From: Campylobacterota bacterium
Lineage (GTDB): Bacteria; Campylobacterota; Campylobacteria; Campylobacterales; Sulfurovaceae
Direction: 5' to 3'
Assembly: GCA_034722955.1 (NCBI GenBank)
Contig: JAYEOM010000020.1
Span: forward strand, 1-22,890
Length of the DNA stretch: 22,890 nt
Under the pieces are notes generated by a model, which had not been told where the DNA came from, made no database searches, and was given only the letters and a program-made list of their open reading frames with translations. Numbering within the stretch: the first letter of the stretch is position 1; each line of letters begins with the position of its first letter. Position numbers and translations under genes: made by a program. Positions 1 to 8,133 of this stretch are shown here, in pieces.

Positions 1-151
1 TTTAAGTTTGGGATGGTTGGATGGGTTTTGATAGATACCTGAGTTTGTGTTCTGATTTTGAATGCAAAGTGTGTATTTTAATCCCAGCGAGGGACTTTCT
101 GGCACTAAATGCCGATACCCCCGTCGCTAAAGCGTAGGCAGTAGGGGCAGT

Positions 152-203
152 AGGGGTCAGGTAACAACTACAACTAATTAGTTGTAGTTGTTACCTGACC
201 CCT
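152..203. repeat. 52-bp perfect palindrome with no loop (26-bp arms), REP-like
   Basis: AGGGGTCAGGTAACAACTACAACTAA|TTAGTTGTAGTTGTTACCTGACCCCT. Checked base by base: centre between 177 and 178, first mismatch at 151/204. Confidence 0.95.
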
Positions 204-272
204 TAATCTGGAAGATTCGGTTGAGTGGTATTTTTTGCTCTACGATAAACTCTAGTAGAGTGTTATAGAACC

Positions 273-291
273 ACAAGAGAGAGTCTCTTGT
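273..291 (-). terminator. Hairpin downstream of rpsI, possible weak terminator or 3' stabiliser
   Basis: ACAAGAGA-gag-TCTCTTGT (8-bp stem) about 20 nt after the rpsI stop. No clear U-tract, so the terminator role is uncertain. Confidence 0.3.
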
Positions 292-312
292 AGTGTGCCA
301 AGAGAAGATCGA

Positions 313-702
313 CTATCTCTTTGAGAACTGCGGGCTTCTTCTCGCTTTTTTCTTGCCTGGTTTCTTTCTCTCGACGACTCTTGAGTCACGAGTCATGAGA
401 CCCATTGGCTTGAGGATTGCTCTAAAAGATGGTTCAAACTCTACTAGAGCTTTGGAGATACCATGCTTGAGTGCATCTGCTTGAGCTGAATATCCACCGC
501 CAAGTGTTGTCGCTCTTACATTCATTGACTCTAACTGTTTAGTAGCTTCGAGTGGAAGTCTAACTTTCATCTTGAGTGCTTCGTGACCACCAAGCCACTG
601 ATCTAGTGTTTTGCCATTGATTACCATTTCGCCACTGCCTGGAGTCAACCAGACTTTAGCGATAGCAGCTTTTCTTTTACCTGTTGCATAGAGTGTTGCC
701 AT
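313..702 (-). CDS. rpsI: 30S ribosomal protein S9
   Basis: N-terminal [24 protein letters not shown]-terminal [22 protein letters not shown]. Directly follows rplM. Confidence 0.99.
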   Translation of the reverse strand: MATLYATGKRKAAIAKVWLTPGSGEMVINGKTLDQWLGGHEALKMKVRLPLEATKQLESMNVRATTLGGGYSAQADALKHGISKALVEFEPSFRAILKPMGLMTRDSRVVERKKPGKKKARRSPQFSKR

Positions 703-703
703 C

Positions 704-1129
704 TTAGTTTCCTTTGTTCAGCTGTGCAGTGTGTGGGTGTTCAGAACCTGCATATACTTTGAGTTTTTTAAGCATTTGACGACCGAGAGTTGTCTTTGGA
801 AGCATCCCTCTTACTGCTAGTTTATAGAGTTTTTCCGTGTGATTTTCTAGCATATCATCAAGTTTTTTACTCTTTGTAGATCCAAAGTAGCCACTATAGG
901 TAAAGTACTCTTTGTCTTCTAGTTTAACCCCTGAAAATTTTGCTTTCTCTGCATTGATAATAACAACAAAATCACCACAATCTACATTTGGAGTAAATGA
1001 TGGCTTATGTTTACCTCTGAGAAGTGTCGCTACTTCAGTTAAGATACGACCAAAAGTTTTATCTTCTGCATCGATCAGAACCCAGTCTCTCTCAACTTCA
1101 TGAGGTTTGATGACAGATGTCAATTTCAT
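704..1129 (-). CDS. rplM: 50S ribosomal protein L13
   Basis: [32 protein letters not shown] and [11 protein letters not shown] motifs. SD AAGGA upstream. Confidence 0.99.
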   Translation of the reverse strand: MKLTSVIKPHEVERDWVLIDAEDKTFGRILTEVATLLRGKHKPSFTPNVDCGDFVVIINAEKAKFSGVKLEDKEYFTYSGYFGSTKSKKLDDMLENHTEKLYKLAVRGMLPKTTLGRQMLKKLKVYAGSEHPHTAQLNKGN

Positions 1130-1158
1130 GATATTTCCTTATTTGTTTTATGGTGGGA

Positions 1159-1190
1159 ATTTTAGCGTGTTAAACTTAAATGATGTTTAA
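1159..1190 (-). promoter_or_regulatory. Putative sigma70 promoter of rplM-rpsI
   Basis: Minus-strand gcTAAAAT -10 box (1159-1164), with TTTAAGTTT and a TTAA-N7-TTAA element (1176-1190) upstream. Confidence 0.55.
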
Positions 1191-1197
1191 TTTTAGT

Positions 1198-3936
1198 TTA
1201 TTTTAAGCTATCAAGCAGGATTTTATCTTTTAGCAGATAGATGATCATCCCCTCAGCTCTCATACCGGTAATACTCTTGATCGCCTTTTGATAAGCTGCC
1301 ACTTGAAAGAGGTGCTCTTGATGATATTTTTGAGAACTCTTGTAGTCGATGACAAGATAGCTATCATCATACTCTAAAAGCAGGTCGATCTGTTTGAGTT
1401 TTCCGTCATAACTGAGAGATTGCTCTTTATGAATCGTGGCACCTTCCAATAGATCCTGGAAACTATGATCCTCGATCAATGATTTGACTCGTTGATAGAT
1501 ATCCTCTATCCTATCGCGATGCAGCAACTGACCATAGCGATTGAGCAGTGAGTCCATCCCCTCATCTAAACCAAACATATCAAAACTGCCCATCATCTCC
1601 AAGAGATAGTGCAGGGCAGTCCCCAGCAGTATCGCATCAAAATCTTTCATATCTTCATCATCGGGACGCTTCGGGATCTCCTGTGTTCCGTAGTGGGAGA
1701 TCTCAACTGCTCTACTCTCTCTCCAGCTCTCACCACTCTGCTCTTTTGACTCATCGATCAGAGGCAGTGAACCCAATACCATAGGAGCCATGCCTATATC
1801 ATCAAAGATAGAATCTTTTGGTTTTCTGATAACGATCAAACCATAAACTGCTCGTGTCAATGCAACATAGAGTACATTTTTGTGATCTTTCTCTTGGGAT
1901 ACTTTGCGAAGAGAGATGATCTCTCGATAGTGTTCATCAAAGTTATCTCTTTTTGCCATACGGTAGAGGATCTCATCGATATAGAGAGCATCATTGTAGT
2001 GGTAGATCAATGCAGACTTATCACTATTTTTGCGTGTCAACTTATCCAAAACTATCACATGATCAAACTCTAAACCTTTAGAGCCGTGGATAGTCATGAT
2101 CTTTGCTCCTGAGAGTGTCTGACTCGCTACACTGATAGATGAACTCTCAAACTCATCTATAAATGTCGGGATATCCGAAAAGTTTGCAGCAAACTCAAGT
2201 AGTTTTAAGATATTGACATCTCTATCAAAGTATCCAAACTCTCTCACCAATCTATCGACCACTGCTACCGGCTCCATAAATGGATTGAACCAAGAGTACT
2301 CTATCTGCTTCTCCATCTTGCCCACTCTCTCTAGAAGTGGCTTGGCATCTATCTCCTCTCCATAAAATAGATAGGTCAACATAGCAACCAGTGCTGCGAT
2401 CTTTGGATGGTTTTTGAGTGAGCTTGAAGTTTGTAAAAGTGTAGACATCCCCTCTCTTTGACACGCCTCCTGTAGTGCCATTCCATCTCTGTTGGTACTG
2501 ACTAGGCAGGCGATACTATCTATATGAATACCTCTGTTCAGCAGCCGTTTCAACTGAGTGACAGACTCATCTATCAACTCTTCAGACTCCACCACTTCGA
2601 CATACCCCTCTATGGCTTGGGGTTGACTCTTTTGGAGAGTATAGCCAGGCATCGTCGTCTCAAACCATCGGTTTACCTGCGATACCACTAGCCGACTACT
2701 TCTATAGTTTATATCCATCGGCTCCACCTTCACCCCATAATGCTCCGATACTTTATCAAATAGCTCCTCGACACCTCCACGGAAACGGTAGAGAGACTGC
2801 TTGGTATCTCCTACATAAAAGAAGCTTTTAAATTCACTCTGACCCTCACCAGAAAAGATCTCATCTATCAGTGGTTTTAGCAGTATGAACTGTAGAGTTG
2901 AAGTATCCTGAAACTCATCGAGCAGAATATGTTTGAACTTGGAGTCTATTTTAAAATAGAGAAACTCTTTGGATATGCTCTCATGTAGAAGCCTATAGGT
3001 GAAATATGTCAAATCATCAAAGCTCAATACCCCTGAAGATTTTGCATTGGTGATCGTGGCATTTCTATAGTAGTCATAGATATGAAAAAGTGCATAGAGT
3101 ATGATAGACTCTTTGGTTTTTGCCCAAACTCCCAAAGCCTCCTTGAGCTGCAGATAGATCATCTCTATATCTTCATTGATACTCTTTTTGAACCAAGAGT
3201 GTTCCCCTAGAGTCTCTTTGGCAAATAGGGCTTTGGCAAACAGCTCTTTCACACTTTTTGTTTCAAACTGTCCTATGCATCGTTTGGCAGCATCTGCATC
3301 ACTGAGTGCTTTTATCATACGCTCTCTTGATACCTCTATCTGCTCTTCTATCTTTGACAACGAAAGTGATACTCTGTTCTGCTGGGGCAGGAGGGGATCT
3401 ACCTTGTAAAAATTCTGCATCAAATCAAAGATCTTCATGAAGCGTCTATCCTCGATATCCATCGAGAGTTTCACTAGAGAAGAGAGCAATCCCTCAGCCT
3501 GCAGCTCCTCTAGGAAATGTTTCTCCAGCTCATCATCTCCCTGCTCCTTTGTAGCAAAATCGGGCTCAAGCCCCAACTCCAAAGAGGCAGAACGCAACAC
3601 GGAAGAGAAGAAGCTATCAAGAGTTACGATATATGACTTATGACTCAAAAACTTTGCCAACACTTCAGGCTGCCTAGAGATGAGCTCTCCCATCGACAAA
3701 CCAGTCTGCAGCAAAAGAGCATCGACAAATGCTTGATTGTCGCCATCTCCCAATCTCCGTAAAGAGTCTACTACCCTCTGACGCATCTCTGCCGCTGCCT
3801 TGTTGGTAAATGTAGCTGCCAATATACTACCCGTAGATTCACCCATAAAGAGCAGAGATATGTACCTAACTGAGAGTGCAAAAGTTTTGCCGCTTCCTGC
3901 TGAGGCAGAGTAGGCGAGGAGTCGTTCAAAACTCAT
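1198..3936 (-). CDS. addA: AddA (RecB/UvrD-like) helicase-nuclease subunit
   Basis: Walker A ASAGSGKT, LLDEFQDTS, VGDTKQSLYRFRG, TIHGSKGLEF, YVALTRA and a C-terminal IDLLL...IDYKS nuclease motif. ATGA overlap with addB. Confidence 0.93.
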   Translation of the reverse strand: MSFERLLAYSASAGSGKTFALSVRYISLLFMGESTGSILAATFTNKAAAEMRQRVVDSLRRLGDGDNQAFVDALLLQTGLSMGELISRQPEVLAKFLSHKSYIVTLDSFFSSVLRSASLELGLEPDFATKEQGDDELEKHFLEELQAEGLLSSLVKLSMDIEDRRFMKIFDLMQNFYKVDPLLPQQNRVSLSLSKIEEQIEVSRERMIKALSDADAAKRCIGQFETKSVKELFAKALFAKETLGEHSWFKKSINEDIEMIYLQLKEALGVWAKTKESIILYALFHIYDYYRNATITNAKSSGVLSFDDLTYFTYRLLHESISKEFLYFKIDSKFKHILLDEFQDTSTLQFILLKPLIDEIFSGEGQSEFKSFFYVGDTKQSLYRFRGGVEELFDKVSEHYGVKVEPMDINYRSSRLVVSQVNRWFETTMPGYTLQKSQPQAIEGYVEVVESEELIDESVTQLKRLLNRGIHIDSIACLVSTNRDGMALQEACQREGMSTLLQTSSSLKNHPKIAALVAMLTYLFYGEEIDAKPLLERVGKMEKQIEYSWFNPFMEPVAVVDRLVREFGYFDRDVNILKLLEFAANFSDIPTFIDEFESSSISVASQTLSGAKIMTIHGSKGLEFDHVIVLDKLTRKNSDKSALIYHYNDALYIDEILYRMAKRDNFDEHYREIISLRKVSQEKDHKNVLYVALTRAVYGLIVIRKPKDSIFDDIGMAPMVLGSLPLIDESKEQSGESWRESRAVEISHYGTQEIPKRPDDEDMKDFDAILLGTALHYLLEMMGSFDMFGLDEGMDSLLNRYGQLLHRDRIEDIYQRVKSLIEDHSFQDLLEGATIHKEQSLSYDGKLKQIDLLLEYDDSYLVIDYKSSQKYHQEHLFQVAAYQKAIKSITGMRAEGMIIYLLKDKILLDSLK

Positions 3937-6302
3937 AGATACTCCCCCCTTTCACACATCAATGCAAACTCACAATATTTACACTTCTGTAGATTTTCAC
4001 ATCTACTCGCTGTAAACTGCTTGGTCTGTTTGAGTTCAGCAATATGCTCTGCCAATAGTCTACTCTTCTCCTCTAGCATCATGATCTCTTCTAGTCTGCC
4101 ACCCTCTAGTATCTGCATAAATGCCAGAGTGATATTTTGGTAATTTTTTGCCAAAAGCTGATCATAGATACTCATCTGGAAATCACTCAAATTTTCTAGG
4201 TTTTTGACTCTGTTTGCCTCTTTGGTAGAGCCACTTTTGTAGTCGATGATGAGCGTAGCTGTATCATCTTGATCTATACGATCTATACGACCCCTAAATC
4301 GTAAACCGCCAATCTCTCCTGATACTTCATGCTCACGAGCAACAACATGCCATCCAGCTTCAAAATGTTCTATTTGAGCATCTGCAAAACCTTTGAGTTT
4401 CTCTCTCCACAAAAGTTTTAGATAGGCGATCTTTGCATCACTCTGAGGCAGAAGCTCATCTAGCACTCTACTGATGATGCTTCTCATCTCATCAGCAGAG
4501 TGATATCTATCCCTTTGCCGATAGAGGTGGTCAAGCAGTAGGTGCAATAGGGCACCCTCATTGGGTTCATCCTCTGATTTGGCTTTGATATTTTGGATAT
4601 AGCTATAGTAGTACTTTCTCTTACACTCCAGATAGACTTTGAGTCTCGATGCAGACCAGACTACTGCTGAGGCATCGAAATCTTCCACAACAGGATCAAC
4701 CATCTCTATGAGTTGTCCCTCTTCACTATAGAGTAGTGAGAGTTGAGCTGTTACTCGATCTATCTCCTCTATCCCCAGCTCATAGAGAAATTTGGAGGGG
4801 AGTCTATTTTCACTGCTGCAGTGGAGTATCACTGCATGTTTTGACTGCTCAAGCAGGCGTTTGTAGTACTGCTTTTGCAGTGACTCTCTATCGTGGAGGG
4901 TTGGGAGAGAGGCAAAGGTTCGTACTGCTGAACTGAGAAACTGATCTTTGCTAGAGCTAGCAGGAACGATGCCTTCGTTGAAGTCTATGATGACTACTGC
5001 ATCAAAATGCACACCTCTAGTCTCCAGCACCCCCATCACTGTGATCTTTCCGCCCCTCACATCATCTATAGTGATCTTGGATAGTGCCTTCACCCACAAA
5101 AAGAGCCAATCCCTCCTGCTGAGCATCTCCCCCTCGAAGAGTTTCAAAAAGTAGAGTTGTTTTTCAAAAACCTGTTCATCTCCAACTGAAAAATCCTCTC
5201 CTCTCTCTTCAGCGTTGCACAGAGAGCAGTCCAAAAGATTCAACTGATCCAAGAGGAGAAAAAATGATCCAATATCACATTTTTGAGAAGATGAGTGTTT
5301 ATCTATATCTTCTACTGCCAAGCCATATCGCTCCGATAGATATCGACTCTCCTGATCATAATGCTGCCAATATCCATAGAGTGCATCGACTCTCTTGTAT
5401 GCCTCTGTTTTGCTGTAGTCAAATCCCATAGCAAAGTTGAGGTTGTGATATCTATCGTATAGTACAAAACTCTCTTTCATATCCTCATCAGGAAGGATCA
5501 ATACGATAGAGTCAGGAGATATACCTGCACGAACAAACTCCTCTATCTTCTCAAAAGCGATACTTATCTGCTCATATCTCTCTTCTGCTTGAAGTACCTC
5601 CACATGGATATTGCCTGGGTTTGGCTCTTGTGATAAGATCTCTTTTCTGCTCAGGTCAAAGCTCAGTAGACTATCTTGTGGCAAACTGATACCATATGCT
5701 TCAAAACGCTCTTGCATCTTTTGGTTGAACTGACTGGTAGCATAGTGGACAATGAGAGGCTTCCTTTGGGCTATTTTTTCGATCAACTCCAGCTCATACC
5801 GGCTGAGATAACCCTCTAGGTAGATCTCAAATCTATCATATCCATCTATAAAGCCATCATTGAGTTGATAACTTTTAGGGACAAAAACCTTATCTGTCAA
5901 CCCTCTTGCATTCAATATAGTATAGTAGTTGGTTAAAAGTTTCTCCAAAACAGCAAGATGAGTATCAAACTCAGCATAAGCATCCGCCTCCAGTAGAGTA
6001 TCAAAACCAACACCCTCCTGTGCCAACTCCTCAAAAAACTTGAAAACTGCATCACTTTTTGTAAAAAACCGTATCAATTCACGATCTATATTCAGAGTAT
6101 CAAACGCTTCAAACCCAGCCGCCTCTCGCAAAAATATGATCCTCTGCAGGGGATCGACCATCATTTTGCCAGGCAATAGAGTAGCACGATGCTCAAACTC
6201 ATCCATCCGCATCAAGGTAGGAAGAAGAGCATCTTGCTCCTTAAGGTCTTCGGAAATAGCACGAAGTACTCTGGATGTTGGATAGATGAGCAATAAATTC
6301 AT
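3933..6302 (-). CDS. addB: AddB nuclease subunit (PD-(D/E)xK, Fe-S cysteines), 789 aa
   Basis: SASRLKVYLECKRKYYY, GRIDRID...IIDYKSG and C-terminal CKYCEFALMC. Start moved from 6368 to ATG 6302 (MNLLLIYPTSR) because a -10 box lies just upstream. Paired with addA. Confidence 0.9.
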   Translation of the reverse strand: MNLLLIYPTSRVLRAISEDLKEQDALLPTLMRMDEFEHRATLLPGKMMVDPLQRIIFLREAAGFEAFDTLNIDRELIRFFTKSDAVFKFFEELAQEGVGFDTLLEADAYAEFDTHLAVLEKLLTNYYTILNARGLTDKVFVPKSYQLNDGFIDGYDRFEIYLEGYLSRYELELIEKIAQRKPLIVHYATSQFNQKMQERFEAYGISLPQDSLLSFDLSRKEILSQEPNPGNIHVEVLQAEERYEQISIAFEKIEEFVRAGISPDSIVLILPDEDMKESFVLYDRYHNLNFAMGFDYSKTEAYKRVDALYGYWQHYDQESRYLSERYGLAVEDIDKHSSSQKCDIGSFFLLLDQLNLLDCSLCNAEERGEDFSVGDEQVFEKQLYFLKLFEGEMLSRRDWLFLWVKALSKITIDDVRGGKITVMGVLETRGVHFDAVVIIDFNEGIVPASSSKDQFLSSAVRTFASLPTLHDRESLQKQYYKRLLEQSKHAVILHCSSENRLPSKFLYELGIEEIDRVTAQLSLLYSEEGQLIEMVDPVVEDFDASAVVWSASRLKVYLECKRKYYYSYIQNIKAKSEDEPNEGALLHLLLDHLYRQRDRYHSADEMRSIISRVLDELLPQSDAKIAYLKLLWREKLKGFADAQIEHFEAGWHVVAREHEVSGEIGGLRFRGRIDRIDQDDTATLIIDYKSGSTKEANRVKNLENLSDFQMSIYDQLLAKNYQNITLAFMQILEGGRLEEIMMLEEKSRLLAEHIAELKQTKQFTASRCENLQKCKYCEFALMCERGEYL

Positions 6303-6308
6303 AGAGTG

Positions 6309-6316
6309 AGTATAGC
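6309..6316 (-). promoter_or_regulatory. -10 box (gcTATACT) 6 nt upstream of the addB ATG, predicting a leaderless mRNA
   Basis: Minus strand reads gcTATACT-cactct-ATG; no SD-like sequence precedes the ATG. Confidence 0.55.
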
Positions 6317-6399
6317 TAAATAATCCCAAAATATAGAGTAGGTTTGGCACTGCCAAACGACTAATCATATTTTGGTCAACATAAGATGGTTATGATTTT

Positions 6400-6502
6400 A
6401 CTGTAAAAGAGTTAGGGGCAGGGACTTTAGTCCCTGTAAAAACAGCTTACTTATGGGATTCGTGGACTAAAGTCCACGCCCCTAAAGAGGTTCTTTCACA
6501 GT
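6400..6502. repeat. Inverted REP-like hairpin doublet within outer imperfect inverted repeats (REPIN/MITE-like)
   Basis: 6412-6436 TTAGGGGCAGGGACTTTAGTCCCTG versus the reverse complement of 6461-6485 TTAGGGGCGTGGACTTTAGTCCACG (21/25 identical). Outer IR ACTGTAAAAGA (6400-6410) pairs with TCTTTCACAGT (6492-6502), 10/11. Confidence 0.8.
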
Positions 6503-6595
6503 CTCTCCGGCTGTGGAGTGCCTATTGGAGTCACGATAGCAAAAAAGATATCCTTTACCCGAAATATGCTTGCCCCTAAAATTTACACCGTATCT

Positions 6596-7153
6596 TCACT
6601 GCTTTTTTGGCTGTAGATAAGCCTCTGTAGAGATATATCCTGTTGCATCACCGATGATTGCACGAAACTGCAGCGTGTATCGTCCGGGTTTGGAGATATT
6701 GATATCCGGCGTTATATATTTGCCATCTCTGCTCTCTACTACCTCTATCATCTGATCATCCGCTACACTATGCGGACGGGTCAAGAGGAAACTCACTTTG
6801 GCACTGTTGAGGGCTTCTCCTGCTTTGTTAGTAACTAGATAGGAGAAGTTGTTTGCTCCCATAGTCAACTTTACCGGATTTGGCTGTGGACGATTACTGT
6901 GAATATTATCTGTCATCACCATCGTCTCTACCTCTATGAGCTTGATCAAGTAGTCATTGTCAAACAGCTGCTTGCGTGCCAATATATCATTGATATTCAT
7001 ATCTGACTCTTGGTACTTCATCATATAGTCATTGGTCTCTTGTACCGGCATAGATGATGCCGCCCTGATAGTCCAATAACTCAATACGATCGCAAGTACC
7101 AAAAAACCTATTATCATATGAGGCCAGTAGGTTTTTTCTCTATTTTTTTCCAT
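6596..7153 (-). CDS. FixH/CcoH-family protein, probable cbb3 oxidase assembly factor
   Basis: N-terminal TM helix (YWPHMIIGFLVLAIVLSYWTI), MMKYQESDMNINDI, and an Ig-like C-terminus (LLTRPH...KPGRYTLQFRA). Last gene of the cco cluster. Confidence 0.75.
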   Translation of the reverse strand: MEKNREKTYWPHMIIGFLVLAIVLSYWTIRAASSMPVQETNDYMMKYQESDMNINDILARKQLFDNDYLIKLIEVETMVMTDNIHSNRPQPNPVKLTMGANNFSYLVTNKAGEALNSAKVSFLLTRPHSVADDQMIEVVESRDGKYITPDINISKPGRYTLQFRAIIGDATGYISTEAYLQPKKQ

Positions 7154-7766
7154 TTTTAATCCTCATTACGATTGGTCTAATGATAAAAATCCATAGGACT
7201 AAAAAGCTACCGATAAAGACAAGAAATTTCAAGACATAAATAATCATCCGTGTATCATTGGGAATAGTCTTTGTCATCTCTATGCCTCTTGATTTTGCAA
7301 TCTGGTCAGCTAACTCTGAATAGCCTTGGACTACGCCAATATTATACTTATCCTGTTTGGTGTTTTTATCTTTTACAGCTACGACATCGATAGTAGCATC
7401 TTTGACATCTCCTCCATCATAGAGATCTTTTATCTCTGATGAGGATGAGATCAATCCAACTCTGCCTCTCTCCTTTGATTTTGCTGTGATCAGTGCATTG
7501 GGTGCAAAGATCAAAATCACATAGGGCTTGCTTATATTGCTCTCGAACTTCTGACTATACGCTACCAAATTAAACTTTTCAGGAAAGTTCTCATTGGTCG
7601 CTATCACATAAGTATTGACTCCTGTTTTATCAGATAGCTCATCACCAATATCTTCGATTATTTTCGAAGCTTCTGAGTTTATCAAGTCATTTTGTATGAA
7701 ATGTGACGCATTGAGTAGAAGTGGCAGCAGCAAAGCAAGCAGGGCGAACCCTACTCTTGTTTGCAT
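7140..7766 (-). CDS. Membrane-anchored periplasmic protein, possibly TPM-like, 208 aa, in the cco cluster
   Basis: Start moved to ATG 7766 (MQTRVGFALLALLLPLLLNA, a signal peptide; SD-like AGGT upstream). C-terminal TM helix. Overlaps the fixH-like gene. Confidence 0.7.
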   Translation of the reverse strand: MQTRVGFALLALLLPLLLNASHFIQNDLINSEASKIIEDIGDELSDKTGVNTYVIATNENFPEKFNLVAYSQKFESNISKPYVILIFAPNALITAKSKERGRVGLISSSSEIKDLYDGGDVKDATIDVVAVKDKNTKQDKYNIGVVQGYSELADQIAKSRGIEMTKTIPNDTRMIIYVLKFLVFIGSFLVLWIFIIRPIVMRIKNGKK

Positions 7767-7771
7767 CGAGA

Positions 7772-7873
7772 TTAACCTACGAAAAGATGATTTGGTGTCA
7801 ATACTGCCCATAGTGTATAAACAGCTGAAATAACCATAAACCAAGCCAATACTTTATCCATAATTGTGATCAT
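7772..7873 (-). CDS. 33-aa single-pass membrane protein, not in the ORF track
   Basis: Hand translation gives MITIMDKVLAWFMVISAVYTLWAVLTPNHLFVG*. SD AAAGGA 6 nt upstream. It fills the gap between its neighbours. Confidence 0.8.
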   Translation of the reverse strand: MITIMDKVLAWFMVISAVYTLWAVLTPNHLFVG

Positions 7874-7883
7874 TATTTATCCT

Positions 7884-8120
7884 TTATTTTTTTACATCTT
7901 GAAAAGCAAAGTTTTCATTCTCTACGCTGTTTGCTTTTATATTATTGAGATCTAAAATAGGTGCAGGATCATAATGATTGCTTGCACTTGTCTGCTGAAC
8001 ACCAATCCCCCATACAGTTAAGCCTACAAGAATAGAGAGTAGCAAAACTGTTGCGATCAGCATACCGGTTACACCGTGTAAACCAAAAACTGCTCTGTTT
8101 GTATTTTCTGTTGTTGACAT
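7884..8120 (-). CDS. DUF4006-family small membrane protein
   Basis: NRAVFGLHGVTGMLIATVLLLSILVGLTVWGIGVQ resembles the Campylobacterota protein found directly after ccoP. SD AAGGAG. Confidence 0.8.
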   Translation of the reverse strand: MSTTENTNRAVFGLHGVTGMLIATVLLLSILVGLTVWGIGVQQTSASNHYDPAPILDLNNIKANSVENENFAFQDVKK

Positions 8121-8133
8121 CTTAATACTCTCC

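Noticed and set aside
86..203. CRISPR array or tRNA
   Set aside because: There are no regularly spaced direct repeats with spacers, no cas genes and no cloverleaf.
7767..7844. N-terminal extension of the 234-aa ORF
   Set aside because: It overlaps the better-supported 33-aa gene, and the signal peptide begins at ATG 7766.
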